DNA of 64,000 bases from Heterodontus francisci (taxonomy: Eukaryota): assembly GCF_036365525.1 (NCBI RefSeq), contig NW_027140807.1, forward strand, positions 1,054,001 to 1,118,000, given 5' to 3'. Below, piece after piece: positions 34,401-42,800 of the stretch (position 1 is its first letter; the number at the start of each line of letters is the position of its first letter). The translations under genes were made by a program, and so were the position numbers. The notes beneath the pieces were generated by a model, which did not search any database, was not told where the DNA came from, and saw only the letters and a list, made by a program, of their open reading frames with translations.

Positions 34401-37400
34401 GAGTGTGATACACTGTCTGAGGAGAGTGGGATGCAGTGACTGAGGGGAGTGTGATGCAGTGTCTGAGTGGTGTAGGATACAGTGAACTGAAGGGAGTGTG
34501 ATACAGTGACTGGGGGAGTGTGATACAGTGACTGAGGGGAGTGTGATACAGTGTCTGAGGGTAGTATGATACAGTCACTGAGGGGAGTGCGATGCAGCGA
34601 CTGAGGGTAGTGTGATACAGTGTCTGAGGGGGATGTGATACAGTGACAGAGGGGAGAGTGATACAATGACAGAGGAAGAGTGATACAGTGACAGAGGGGA
34701 GTGTGATACAATGGGTGAGTGGAGTGTGATACAGTGACTAAGGGGAGCATTATACAGTGACTGAGGGGAGTGTGATACAGTGACTCAGGGAGTGTGATAC
34801 AGTGATTGAGTGGAGTGCGATAAAGTTACGGAGGGTAGTGTTATACACTGTCTGAGGGGATTGGGATACAGTGACCGAAGGGAGTGTGATTCAGAGACTG
34901 AGGGGTGTGGGATGCAGTGACTGAGGGTAGTAGGATACAGTCACTGAGGGGAGTGGGATGCAGCGACTGAGGGTAGTGTGATGCAGTGACTGAGGGGAGA
35001 ATTATACAGTGACTGAGGGGAGTGTGATACAGTGACTCAGGGAGTGTGATACAGTGATTGAGTGGAGTGCGATAAAGTTACGGAGGGTAGTGTTATACAC
35101 TGTCTGAGGGGATTGGGATACAGTGACTGAAGGGAGTGTGATCCAGTGACTGGAGGAGTGTGATACAGTGACTGAGGGGAGTGTGATACAGTGTCTGAGG
35201 GTAGTATGATACAGTCACTGAGGGGAGTGCGATGCAGTGACTGAGGGTAGTGTGATGCAGTGTCTGAGGGGAGTATGATACAGTCACTGAGGAGAGGGGA
35301 ATGCAGTGACTGAGGGGAGTGGGATACAGTGACTGAAGGGAGTGTGATACAGTGACTGAGGGGTGTGGGATGCAGTGACTGAGGGGAGTAGGATACAGTC
35401 ACTGCGGGGAGTGGGATCAGCGACTGAGCATAGTGTGATGCAGTGACTGAGGGGAGTATGATCCAGTCACTGAGGAGAGTGGAATTCAGTGGCTGAGGGG
35501 AGTGTGATAGAGTGACTGAGGGGAGTGGGATACAGTGACTGAGGTGAGCGTGATACAGTGAAAGAGGGAAGTGGGATACAGTGACTGAGAGAGTGTGATA
35601 CAGTGACAGAGGGAAATGGGATACAGTGACTGAATGTGTGGGATACAGTGACTGAGGGGTGTGTGATACTGCGACAGCGGGGAGTGCGATACAGTGACTG
35701 ATAGAGTGTGATACAGTGACTGGGGGAGAGTGATACAGTGACTGAGGGGAGTGTGATACAGCGACTGAGAGAGTGTGATACAGTGACAGAGGGAAGTGGG
35801 ATACAGTGACTGAATGTGTGGGATACAGTGACTGATAGAGTGTGATACAGTGACTGGGGGAGTGTGATACTGCGACAGCGGGGAGTGCGATACAGTGACT
35901 GATAGAGTGTGATACAGTGACTGGGGGAGTGTGGTACATTGACTGAGGGGAGTGTGATACTCTGTCTGAGTAGAGTGGGATGCAGTGACTGAAGCGAATA
36001 TAATGCAGTGACTGAGTGGAGTGTGATACATTGAATGAGGGGAGTGTGAGACTCTGTCTGAGGGGAGTGGGATACAGTGAACTGAAGGGAGTGTGATACT
36101 GTGACTGGGGGAGTGTGATACAGTGACTGAGGAGAGTGTGATACACTGTCTGAGGGGAGTGGAGTGCAGTGACTGAAGGGAATATAATGCAGTGACTGAG
36201 GGGAGTGTGATACAGTGCCTGAGGGGCGTGTGTTGCAGTCGCTGAGGGGAGTGTGATACAGCGACTGAGGGGAGTGTGATACAGTGACTGAGGGGAATGT
36301 GATAAAGTGACTGAGGTGAGTGTAATGCAGTGACTGAGGGGAGTGTGATAGAGACTGAGGGCAGCATGATGCTCAAACTCAGGAATCCGAGGAACAATTG
36401 ACTAGAGAATCTACTGAGGTTTCATCCACTACCCGAGCGGGCTCTGGAAGCTAAGGTATCTGCTTTGTGGGGTTATCATCGCAGAATCATGGAATCAAAG
36501 ACTGGTTACGGCACAGAAAGTTTCTGTTCAGCCCATCTTCACTGAGCCAGCTCTCTGGCAGTGCAACTCACCTACTCCCACTCCTGCCATTTTCCTGTCG
36601 CCCTGCAGATTTTTTCTGCCATGACAATTATCCAATTCCCTTTTGAAAGCCTCAATTAAACCTGCCTCCAGCACACTCTCATGCAGTGCATTTCAGATCC
36701 TAACCACTCGCTGTGTGAAAAGGTTTCCCTGCCTCTGTTGTGACTTTTACCACTCACCTAAATGCGTTGCTCTCTAGTTCTGGATCCTCCCACCAAGAGG
36801 AACAGTTTTTCCCTGACTACTCTGTCCAGTTCCCTCTTGATTATGAACATCTTGCTCAAATCTCGTCTTAATCGTCTCTTCTCCACGGAGAACAGCCCCA
36901 GCTTCTCCGATCTATTCATGTCACTGACGTCCCTCATCCCGGGAACCATTCTGGTAAATCTTCTCTGCACCCTCTCGAATACCTTAACATCCTTCCTAAG
37001 TATTGACCGCTCTCTCGACCTGTCTTGCCACCTTCAATGATTTGTGCACATGTCCCCCCAGGTCCCTCTGCCCCTGCACCTCCTTTAGAATTGTAGCCTT
37101 TATTTTATATTGCCTCTCGTTCGTCCGACCAAAATGAATCACTTCACAATTCTCTGTGATAAATTTCATTTGCCAGTGTCTGCCCATCCCACCAGCCTGT
37201 CTATGACCTCCTGACGTCTATCACTGTCCTCCTCACAGTTCACAATACAACCAGGTTTTGTGTCATCTGCAGAATTTGAAAGTGTGCCCTGTACGCCCCA
37301 GTCTATGTCATTAATATATACATCAGGAAAAACAGTGGTCTGAGCAATATTAGAGAGCAAAGCACAGATGCACAGAGAATTAGCAGGGACAGATAACACT

Positions 37401-39907
37401 GGAGTCGATAAGAGTATCGTATTAGACGGGGGCAGTGGAAGAGGAAAGGAGATAAGCTGTAAATTCAGTTTAATGTGTGTGTATATGGAGGCACGGAGAG
37501 TGGTAAATAAGGTTGTTGAGCTTCAGGCGCAGATAGCCACGTGGAAATATGATGTTGTGGCAATAACAGGGTCCTGGCTCTAAGTGGGGCAGGACTGGGT
37601 AGTGAATATTCCTGACTACAAGGTGTTCAGGAAAGAGAGGGGAGGAAGGAAAGGAGGAGGGGTATCAGTATTGATTAAGGGGAACATTGCAGTGCTGTTT
37701 TCTTTTCTCTCTCTTGTTCTCACTCATTCCAGATCTCCCTTACTCTTTTCTGTCTCACTCCTGTCGCCTTCCCTCCTTTTCTCTCATTCCTGCTCTCTGT
37801 TGTTCTCTGACTCCACTTTCCCCCTGTCGTTTCGCTGATCACTTTGATAATCTCCTGAATTTTCTCTGTTAGTTTTTTTTCCTTGTCGGAGTCGTAACTG
37901 ATTCTGCAGCCGATGATGTCTGGTGTCTCCCCTCGGTAAAGGCTGGTATACATTGATTCAGTGTGTCGAGGGAGTTAGATTACATACGAGAGGAGGTTCT
38001 GTGTTAAAACACTTCTGTCCACTCATCCAGCGTTCTGAATCCCAGTGAAATTCCTCTTGTCTTTATTTGATCCTCTCAGACTCGGGGATTCCGTCTACTC
38101 CCGAGGAACCTCCCGACTCCCAGCCTGTTTCTGATGATGGTGGGAACATTTCAGATTCTCCACATTTCAGGAATATTAAATCCCTCCTCCTGTCTCAGTC
38201 TGGCACAAATATATCAGGACCGAGGGCCTCCAAACAGCTGTGTGATCGTTCTGTGTAGGGAAACCCATCGTTCTCACTCTCTCTCTCTGCCTTGTCTGTG
38301 CTGTCAGACAAGAGTTGCAGTCGCTTGTGTTCAGTCTGAGTGGAATCATTGGGAAACACAGAAACGTAAACGTTCAGAAATTCCTTCAGAAATATCTTTG
38401 AGCTTCTATCTCACATCCCTCTCTCTCTTACTCTCAGTTTTATCTCTGTCTCTCCTTTATCTGCCTTTCACACGCATATATAAATATATTTCATTTCTGT
38501 AACCGCCTCTCTCCGATGCGGGTCTCAGTTTCTCCAGCTCCCTCTTTCGCCTCACTCTGTCTCCCACTCTCTCTGATGTTCTGTCTCCCTGTCTGTCTCT
38601 CTGACTCTCACTTTCTCTCTCTGTCTCTCTCACAGATGCTCTTTGTCTGTCTCTCTGTCTTTGTCTTTGTCAGAGGGACAGAGAGCATCAGAGAGAGAGA
38701 GAGAGTGAGAGTGAGAGACAGAGACAGAGAAAAGGGCAGTGAGACCGGAGTAAACACGGAATGCAAATGATCTCGGGAGATGGAACAAGAGGCAATGGAG
38801 AAGAGAGTGCAGGATAGAGGATGATAACACAGGGAGGGCAGATTAGAGACAAGACGAGTTGAGATAGAGAGAATAACAGAGACAGATGAACAAACGAGTG
38901 GATGACAAACTGGAGGAAAGAGAGTTTAAATTAGAGAGGCGAGATCATTCGAAATACGTCCCGTGCCCTGTGCTAAACTCTGGGTGTGTTCAACCTGTTG
39001 ATGTTGTGACTGTTGTGTTTAGATACCAAATACAAGAGGATTAATGTGAAGATCACTTCAATGACTGATCTGGATGATGAAACTGCAAAGAGAATCGTTG
39101 TGGAGAGGGTAAGAGACTGCACTGTACTGAGGAGAAACACGGGAGACAACAGATCCTCCCTCTCACTGTCTGTATTCACTGAATGGGAACTCCAGGTCAT
39201 TATTTAAACAGCTCTAATTCCCCTCTGCTTATCTTCTGGTCCCCCAGATCAGGCTTGTGAGGGGTTGAATGGGCTTCCTCCTGAGCCTGTGTGAAAGGCT
39301 CGAGAGCGGGTGAGGGGGCTGAATGGCCTTCTCCTGTTCCTGTGTAAGAACTCGAAAGAGGGGCTCAATGGCCTCCTCCTGTTCCTGTGTAACAGATTCG
39401 AGGGGATGAATGGCCTCCTCGTTGTACGGTAACCTCTCTCTGATCTTCCCTCTCACTCTCCCCATTCTCTCTTTATGTCCTTTCTATCTCTGTCTCTTTC
39501 TCTGCCTCGCTCACCCACTCTGTATTTCTCTTTCTTTGTCTTTCTTTCTGTCTGTGTCTGTCTCTCCCTCACTGCATCTCTGACGACCTCTCGCTCTCAC
39601 GCCATCTGTTTCTCTACCTCTGTCTCAATCCCTGTAGCTCTCCCACCCTCCCTCTCCATCTCTCCCTCTATCTGAGTATCTTTGCCTCACCCTGTCTCTC
39701 ACTGTCTTGTCCCCACCCTTTCTCCCGATCTCTGTCTGTATCCTCTCTGTCTCTTTCTATTCACTCCTCCCCTTGCAGTAATACTCATCGTTTCTCCTCT
39801 CTGCGATGCAGATGAAGCAGATGTTCCAGGATCAGTGTCCACACACGAAGCTCGAATTGGATCCAGAAGACGTTCAGTGCTCGGCTAGTGCGCCTGTGGA
39901 AGTGTGA
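10459..39907 (+). CDS. Gene A (spliced model): secreted uromodulin/GP2/OIT3-like protein with 2 D8C(D10C) domains, S/T/E-rich stalk and short C-terminal module, no ZP domain
   Basis: Joins 10459-10492, 12424-12562, 12715-12791, 12886-13050, 15584-15722, 15875-15951, 16046-16207, 16611-16706, (20345-20434), 22705-22800, 25132-25227, 27882-27977, 30404-30499, 31899-31994, 38080-38139, 39023-39108 and 39812-39907. All junctions are GT-AG with compatible phases and no internal stops; 536 aa, or 566 aa with the optional exon. Confidence 0.8.
10570..12025. mobile_element. L2 LINE relics (RT fragment on - strand about 10570-11420; 3' end on + strand about 11560-12025)
   Basis: LIILLELSAVFDTIHHITLCQHLS..LGGTALTYFHS is a degenerate L2 LDLSAAFDTVDH motif; CACTGGCTCCCGGTT (HWLP) and a TTG tail are also present. 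Confidence 0.75.
12424..13050 (+). CDS. Gene A D8C domain 1 (three exons: 12424-12562, 12715-12791, 12886-13050)
   Basis: DPCVNHTVLDQPWRS..KCD....GWYRF.SSGGWKIP..CST..GWLQGSHPSVGQGEVTRTVCF..C..IKIKNCSSYFVYALKPPPVCNAAYCT matches the UMOD/GP2 D8C signature. Confidence 0.93.
13325..14590 (-). mobile_element. CR1-group LINE fragment (endonuclease end to RT start), disrupted
   Basis: HDSIGRSDHRTVLVE, KPGDQTWFNEKCRRAC, NYRPISLLS and GHSAPDLI motifs. Confidence 0.85.
14590..15470 (+). repeat. G-rich 23-bp satellite array
   Basis: Unit cagtgactgaggggagtg(t/g)gat(a/g). Confidence 0.95.
15584..16207 (+). CDS. Gene A D8C domain 2 (three exons: 15584-15722, 15875-15951, 16046-16207)
   Basis: DSALTDPCVNHTVLDQPWRSSDCDVTGCSGQEKCDDNLHFGWYRFKSSGGWKIPETAVPHHRCSTNVTGWLQGSHPSVGQGEVTRTVCLYWGRKHCDKVHEIKIKNCSSYFVYELKSLFRCAAYCT; splice sites intact. 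Confidence 0.93.
16611..16706 (+). CDS. Gene A stalk exon 1 (96 bp, phase 1-1)
   Basis: tttattacAG / DPETVATEEPEEQTTRVSTRGSSSTPAVSGTS / GTACCC. Confidence 0.8.
16790..16995 (+). repeat. 23-bp satellite (left part of an array split by CR1)
   Basis: Same unit as 14590-15470; continues at 19513-20150. Confidence 0.9.
16996..19513 (-). mobile_element. Young 5'-truncated CR1 LINE with near-intact ORF2 (endonuclease end plus RT)
   Basis: ORF 17326-19578: GDFNFPNIDW, NYRPVSLTS, DFSKAFDKVPH, GVPQGSVLGP, FADD. A single nonsense codon precedes an in-frame continuation to 17080; 3' tail (TTCTTTG)n. Confidence 0.97.
19513..20150 (+). repeat. 23-bp satellite (right part)
   Basis: Same unit. Confidence 0.9.
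20339..20434 (+). CDS. Gene A stalk exon 2 (ancestral acceptor mutated AG>AC; in-frame cryptic acceptor at 20343-20344)
   Basis: Homologous to 16611-16706: (DP)ETSTTSRTKEQTTPQSIEKAPSNPIDTFTS / GTATCA. Confidence 0.5.
20660..21365 (+). mobile_element. CR1 LINE 3' fragment
   Basis: LGVLVHSSLKAAAQVD..LYKTLVWPQLEY..LEQRRLRGDLIEVYKIMRG..WNTL plus the 3' UTR gggccgaagggcctgtttcc. Confidence 0.9.
21825..22570 (+). repeat. 23-bp satellite array (preceded by a CT-rich tract at about 21430-21825)
   Basis: Same unit, degenerate at the 5' end. Confidence 0.9.
22705..22800 (+). CDS. Gene A stalk exon 3 (96 bp)
   Basis: EPMTSQTQESEEQSTGESTEVSSSIPVGSGTP; AG/GT intact. Confidence 0.8.
22830..24545. mobile_element. 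CR1 with inverted halves (3' part on - strand 22830-23680; endonuclease part on + strand 23690-24545)
   Basis: Minus: LEKMGLFSLEKRRLREDLIEVFKI. Plus: MCVYMDARRVVNKVVELQA..VVAITESW and DHxIM motifs. Repeated at 25255-26995 and 36485-37695. Confidence 0.85.
25132..25227 (+). CDS. Gene A stalk exon 4 (96 bp)
   Basis: EPVTYQTQESEEQSTAESTEGPSSIPAGSGSS; AG/GT intact. Confidence 0.8.
25255..26995. mobile_element. Duplicated inverted CR1 (copy of 22830-24545)
   Basis: Colinear with 22830-24545. Confidence 0.85.
27882..27977 (+). CDS. Gene A stalk exon 5 (96 bp)
   Basis: EPVTSQTQESEEQSTRESTEVSSSTPAGSGSS; AG/GT intact. Confidence 0.8.
30404..30499 (+). CDS. Gene A stalk exon 6 (96 bp)
   Basis: Same peptide as exon 5; AG/GT intact. 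Confidence 0.8.
31899..31994 (+). CDS. Gene A stalk exon 7 (96 bp)
   Basis: Same peptide as exon 5; AG/GT intact. Confidence 0.8.
36374..36455 (+). pseudogene. Dead stalk exon copy
   Basis: 5' end and acceptor replaced by satellite; last codon TCA>TAA (QTQESEEQLTRESTEVSSTTRAGSGS*). Confidence 0.8.
36485..37695. mobile_element. Third long copy of the inverted CR1
   Basis: Colinear with 25255-26470. Confidence 0.85.
38080..38139 (+). CDS. Gene A acidic/Pro linker exon (60 bp, phase 1-1)
   Basis: tcctctcAG / DSGIPSTPEEPPDSQPVSDD / GTGGGA; composition matches the stalk, donor is weaker. Confidence 0.6.
39023..39108 (+). CDS. Gene A penultimate coding exon (phase 1-0)
   Basis: tgtgtttAG / DTKYKRINVKITSMTDLDDETAKRIVVER / GTAAGA (strong donor). 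Confidence 0.7.
39250..39425 (+). repeat. Short tandem repeat (about 42 bp x4) resembling a CR1 3' UTR end
   Basis: ctcgaggggctgaatggcctcctcctgttcctgtgtaa-like units. Confidence 0.6.
39812..39907 (+). CDS. Gene A terminal coding exon
   Basis: Polypyrimidine tract and gcAG, then phase-0 MKQMFQDQCPHTKLELDPEDVQCSASAPVEV*. No canonical AATAAA was seen within 1.8 kb downstream. Confidence 0.62.
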   Translation: MKQMFQDQCPHTKLELDPEDVQCSASAPVEV

Positions 39908-40534
39908 AGGAGTTTGGACATGTCAACAAGCATCCAACACGTGTGATCCAGTCTCTGTGTGTTTTGCATCCTCACTCAATCACTGTGCCATCTTATCTTC
40001 ACCTTGTTTAACTCAAGGAAATTGTCAGCAAAGGGTTAATCTCCGACTAGAAGTATGCTAATGTTATACTGTAATTGGTGTGTCTTTATACTGCAGGGTT
40101 GTGGGAGCTTTAAGCTATTGCTTTGTTAAATAGAGAAGTACGATCCCATTTGTATCCAGTGACCACTGGTCAGCTGAACCCAGACTAACCTGACAGCTCT
40201 GGCCAGTTACAGGATGAAGTGATCTCAGGTTTAATGAGGGAGTTTCTTTAAAGATCTACCATTGAGTAGAGGTCCCTAAGCTTCATGGAGCTGTCAGCAC
40301 TGAGAATTGGGGCAAGGAAAACAGTTCGTCCTTGTCCAAGGAGAACCTCAGGGTAGATAACATCTTTTAAATTGAGGGTTCATGCAGAATGGGGGATCGG
40401 TTGATGCTGAACTTTGCAGAATCAAAATATATTGAAAAGGAAAGCTTTCATTGAGTACAAAGCATTTATGTGTGGCATATGTCAAATGTTTAATAACAAA
40501 GGAAGGGAGTTATACTGAGCTCAGGAACCTAATG

Positions 40535-41035
40535 CTGACAACACTCCATCTCAATAACACCTCTGTGAACGCTTCCATTGTCTCTGCTCTGCCACACTGC
40601 TTGTCTAACATCCAATACTGGATGAGCAGATATTTTCTCCTACTAAATATTGGGAAGACTGAAGCCATTGTCTGTGATCCTCGACACAAATGTCATTCTT
40701 GGACCACCGACACCATCTCTGGTACCTGTCTGAAACTGATCAAGACAGTTTTTAGCCTTTGTTGTTGTGTTTGACCCCGAGATGAGTTTCCGACCACATA
40801 TCCACACCATCACCAAGACTGTCCATTTCCACCTCCATACCATCTCTCGACTCCGACCCTGCCTCAGCTCATCTGCTGCTGAAACACTAATCCGTGTCTC
40901 TGTTACCTCGAGCCTGGACTATTCCAATGCTCTCCTGGCCAAGCTCACATCTTTCACACTTCCTGATCTTATCCTCATACAAACATTTGCTGTGTCTTAA
41001 CTCACTCAGAACCTTGTTCACCCATCCCCCTGAAA
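40535..41035 (+). mobile_element. L2 LINE RT fragment
   Basis: CLSNIQYWMSRYFLLLNIGKTEAIV..FDPEMSFRPHI..HLHTISRLRPCLS..SLDYSNALL. Confidence 0.85.
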
Positions 41036-41664
41036 TGATTGTCATTCAGTGACTCCCAGCTACTCTCCAATTTCCCAATATTAACATCCAGATCAGTCAG
41101 TTGAACTGTTGTGAAATGACTCATTGGTCACAACTCTCTAGTGTAACGATGTAAAACGTCTGCAATAAGTGAACATGGCTGCGTATCTTCCATTGATGGA
41201 CATTCAGACAAGGAGAGCTGCAGCTTGGAAAGGGCTTTTAACGTGTTTGACTCCCTGACCACCCAGTGTGATTGTAAATCTGATTGTAAACTGTGTGTTT
41301 AAAGTTTTATTGCATTCTCTGTCTGCTCAATATATCTATGAACGCTAAACCTGACCGTCTCAAGAAGATTATTGATGTTGCTGGAATGACTTTCCCATCT
41401 GATCATGGAAATCCAATGTTTTCTTGTTCTGGGAGGGAACACGCACTGTTAAATGATTGCTGAGGGCTGGGATCAGAAGGGATGTGACTGTACGTAGTGG
41501 GTCTGCCCAGCATTCCCCAAACCTCATGCTGCTCCATTCTATTCTGGTCTGTGCTTCCACCCTGGATAATCCAGCTCACTTGAGGACTCACAGAGGAAAA
41601 TGAGAAATCCTGGCAACAGGAGTGGACCATTCGGCCCATTCGAGCTTGCTGTTGACGTGATGAA

Positions 41665-42553
41665 CCTGGCCCTTCAAAAGCCATTTGATACAGTTCCACA
41701 CAACAGACTTGTGAGCAAACATGTAGTTCATTGAATAAAAGGGATGGTAACAACATGCATATAAAATTGGCTGAGTGACAAAAAAACTGAGAATAGTGAT
41801 TAATGGATGTTTTCGGGCTGGAAGAAGGTTTGTGGTGGAGTTCCCCAGGGATCAGTGGTGGGACCCTGGCATTTCCTGATATATATTAATGTCCTAGACC
41901 TCGGTGTACAGGGCACAACTTCAAAATTTGCAAATGATACGAAACCTGGAAGCATTGTGAAGTGTGAGGTGGATAGCGTAAAACTTCAAAAGGACAGAGA
42001 CAAATTGGTGGAATGGGCGGACAAGTGACAGATGAGGTTCAATGTGAGGAAATGTGAAGTGATTAATTTTGGGAGGAAGACCATGGAGAGACAATATAGA
42101 ATAGAGGTTACGATTCTAAAGAGGGTGCAGGAGCAGAAAGACCTGGATGCATTTGTGCATAAGTCATTGAAGGTGGCAGGACAGGTTGAGAGAGTGGTTC
42201 ATAAAGTATACAGTATCCTGGGCTTTATTAATAGTGGCACAGATTATAAGAGCAACGAAGTTATTTTGAACTTGTGCAAGGCACTAGTTCGTCCTCAGCT
42301 GGAGTATTGCCTCCAGTTTTGGGTGCTGCACTTGAGAAAAGATGTGAGGGCATTGGAGAGAGTACAGACAAGATTCACAAGAATGGTTCCAGGGATGAGG
42401 AATTTCAGTTATGAAGATAGATTCGAGAAGTTAGGGCTGTTTTCCTTGGAGAAGAGAAGGCAGAGAGGTGATTTGAGAGAGATATTCAAAATCATGAGGG
42501 GTCTGGACAGAGTAGATAGAGAGAAACTGTTCCCACTCGTGAAAGGATCAAGA
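41665..42553 (+). mobile_element. CR1 LINE RT/3' region, left part (resumes at 45314-45600)
   Basis: KAI*YSSTQ (degenerate KAFDTVPH region), GVPQGSVVGP, FAND, LGLFSLEKRR..LFPLVKGSR; TRGHRF continues at 45314. Confidence 0.92.
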
Positions 42554-42800
42554 CCAGGGCGCACAGTGATGCAGTGGTTAGCACTGCAGCCTCACAGCTC
42601 CAGCGACCCGGGTTCGATTCTGGGTACTGCCTGTGCGGAGTTTGCAAGTTCTCCCTGTGACCGTGTGGGTTTCTGCTGGCTGCTCTGTTTTCCTCCCACA
42701 GCAATGACTTGCAGGTTGATAGGTAAATTGGCCATTGGAAATTGCCCCGAGTGTAGGTCGGTGATAGGGAGTATGCAGGGTTAGTCTTAATGGGTTGTTG
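42554..42800 (+). mobile_element. HE1-like V-SINE, 5' part (tail at 45253-45312)
   Basis: A box GCAGTGGTTAGC, B box GGTTCGATTC and V-SINE core. Confidence 0.88.

Larger units (their letters stand above)
27055..36360 (+). repeat. 23-bp satellite arrays between stalk exons (27055-27745, 28322-30265, 30845-31760, 32340-36360), with a higher-order repeat of about 388 bp near 32.9-33.8 kb
   Basis: Same unit; near-identical ORF translations offset by 388 nt (32860 vs 33248). A further array lies at 24610-24995. Confidence 0.95.

Noticed and set aside
14575-36397. Many long - strand ORFs rich in SHSPQSLYHTPL (up to 441 aa)
   Set aside because: Translations of the 23-bp satellite; all frames give the same peptide because 23 is not a multiple of 3 and the C-rich strand lacks stops.
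37900-37945. Possible micro-exon (tgcAG...cg/GTAAAG)
   Set aside because: Phases are incompatible with the flanking phase-1 exons, or the frame contains a stop.
42554-42630. tRNA gene
   Set aside because: The A/B boxes belong to the tRNA-derived head of a V-SINE and are followed by the SINE core.
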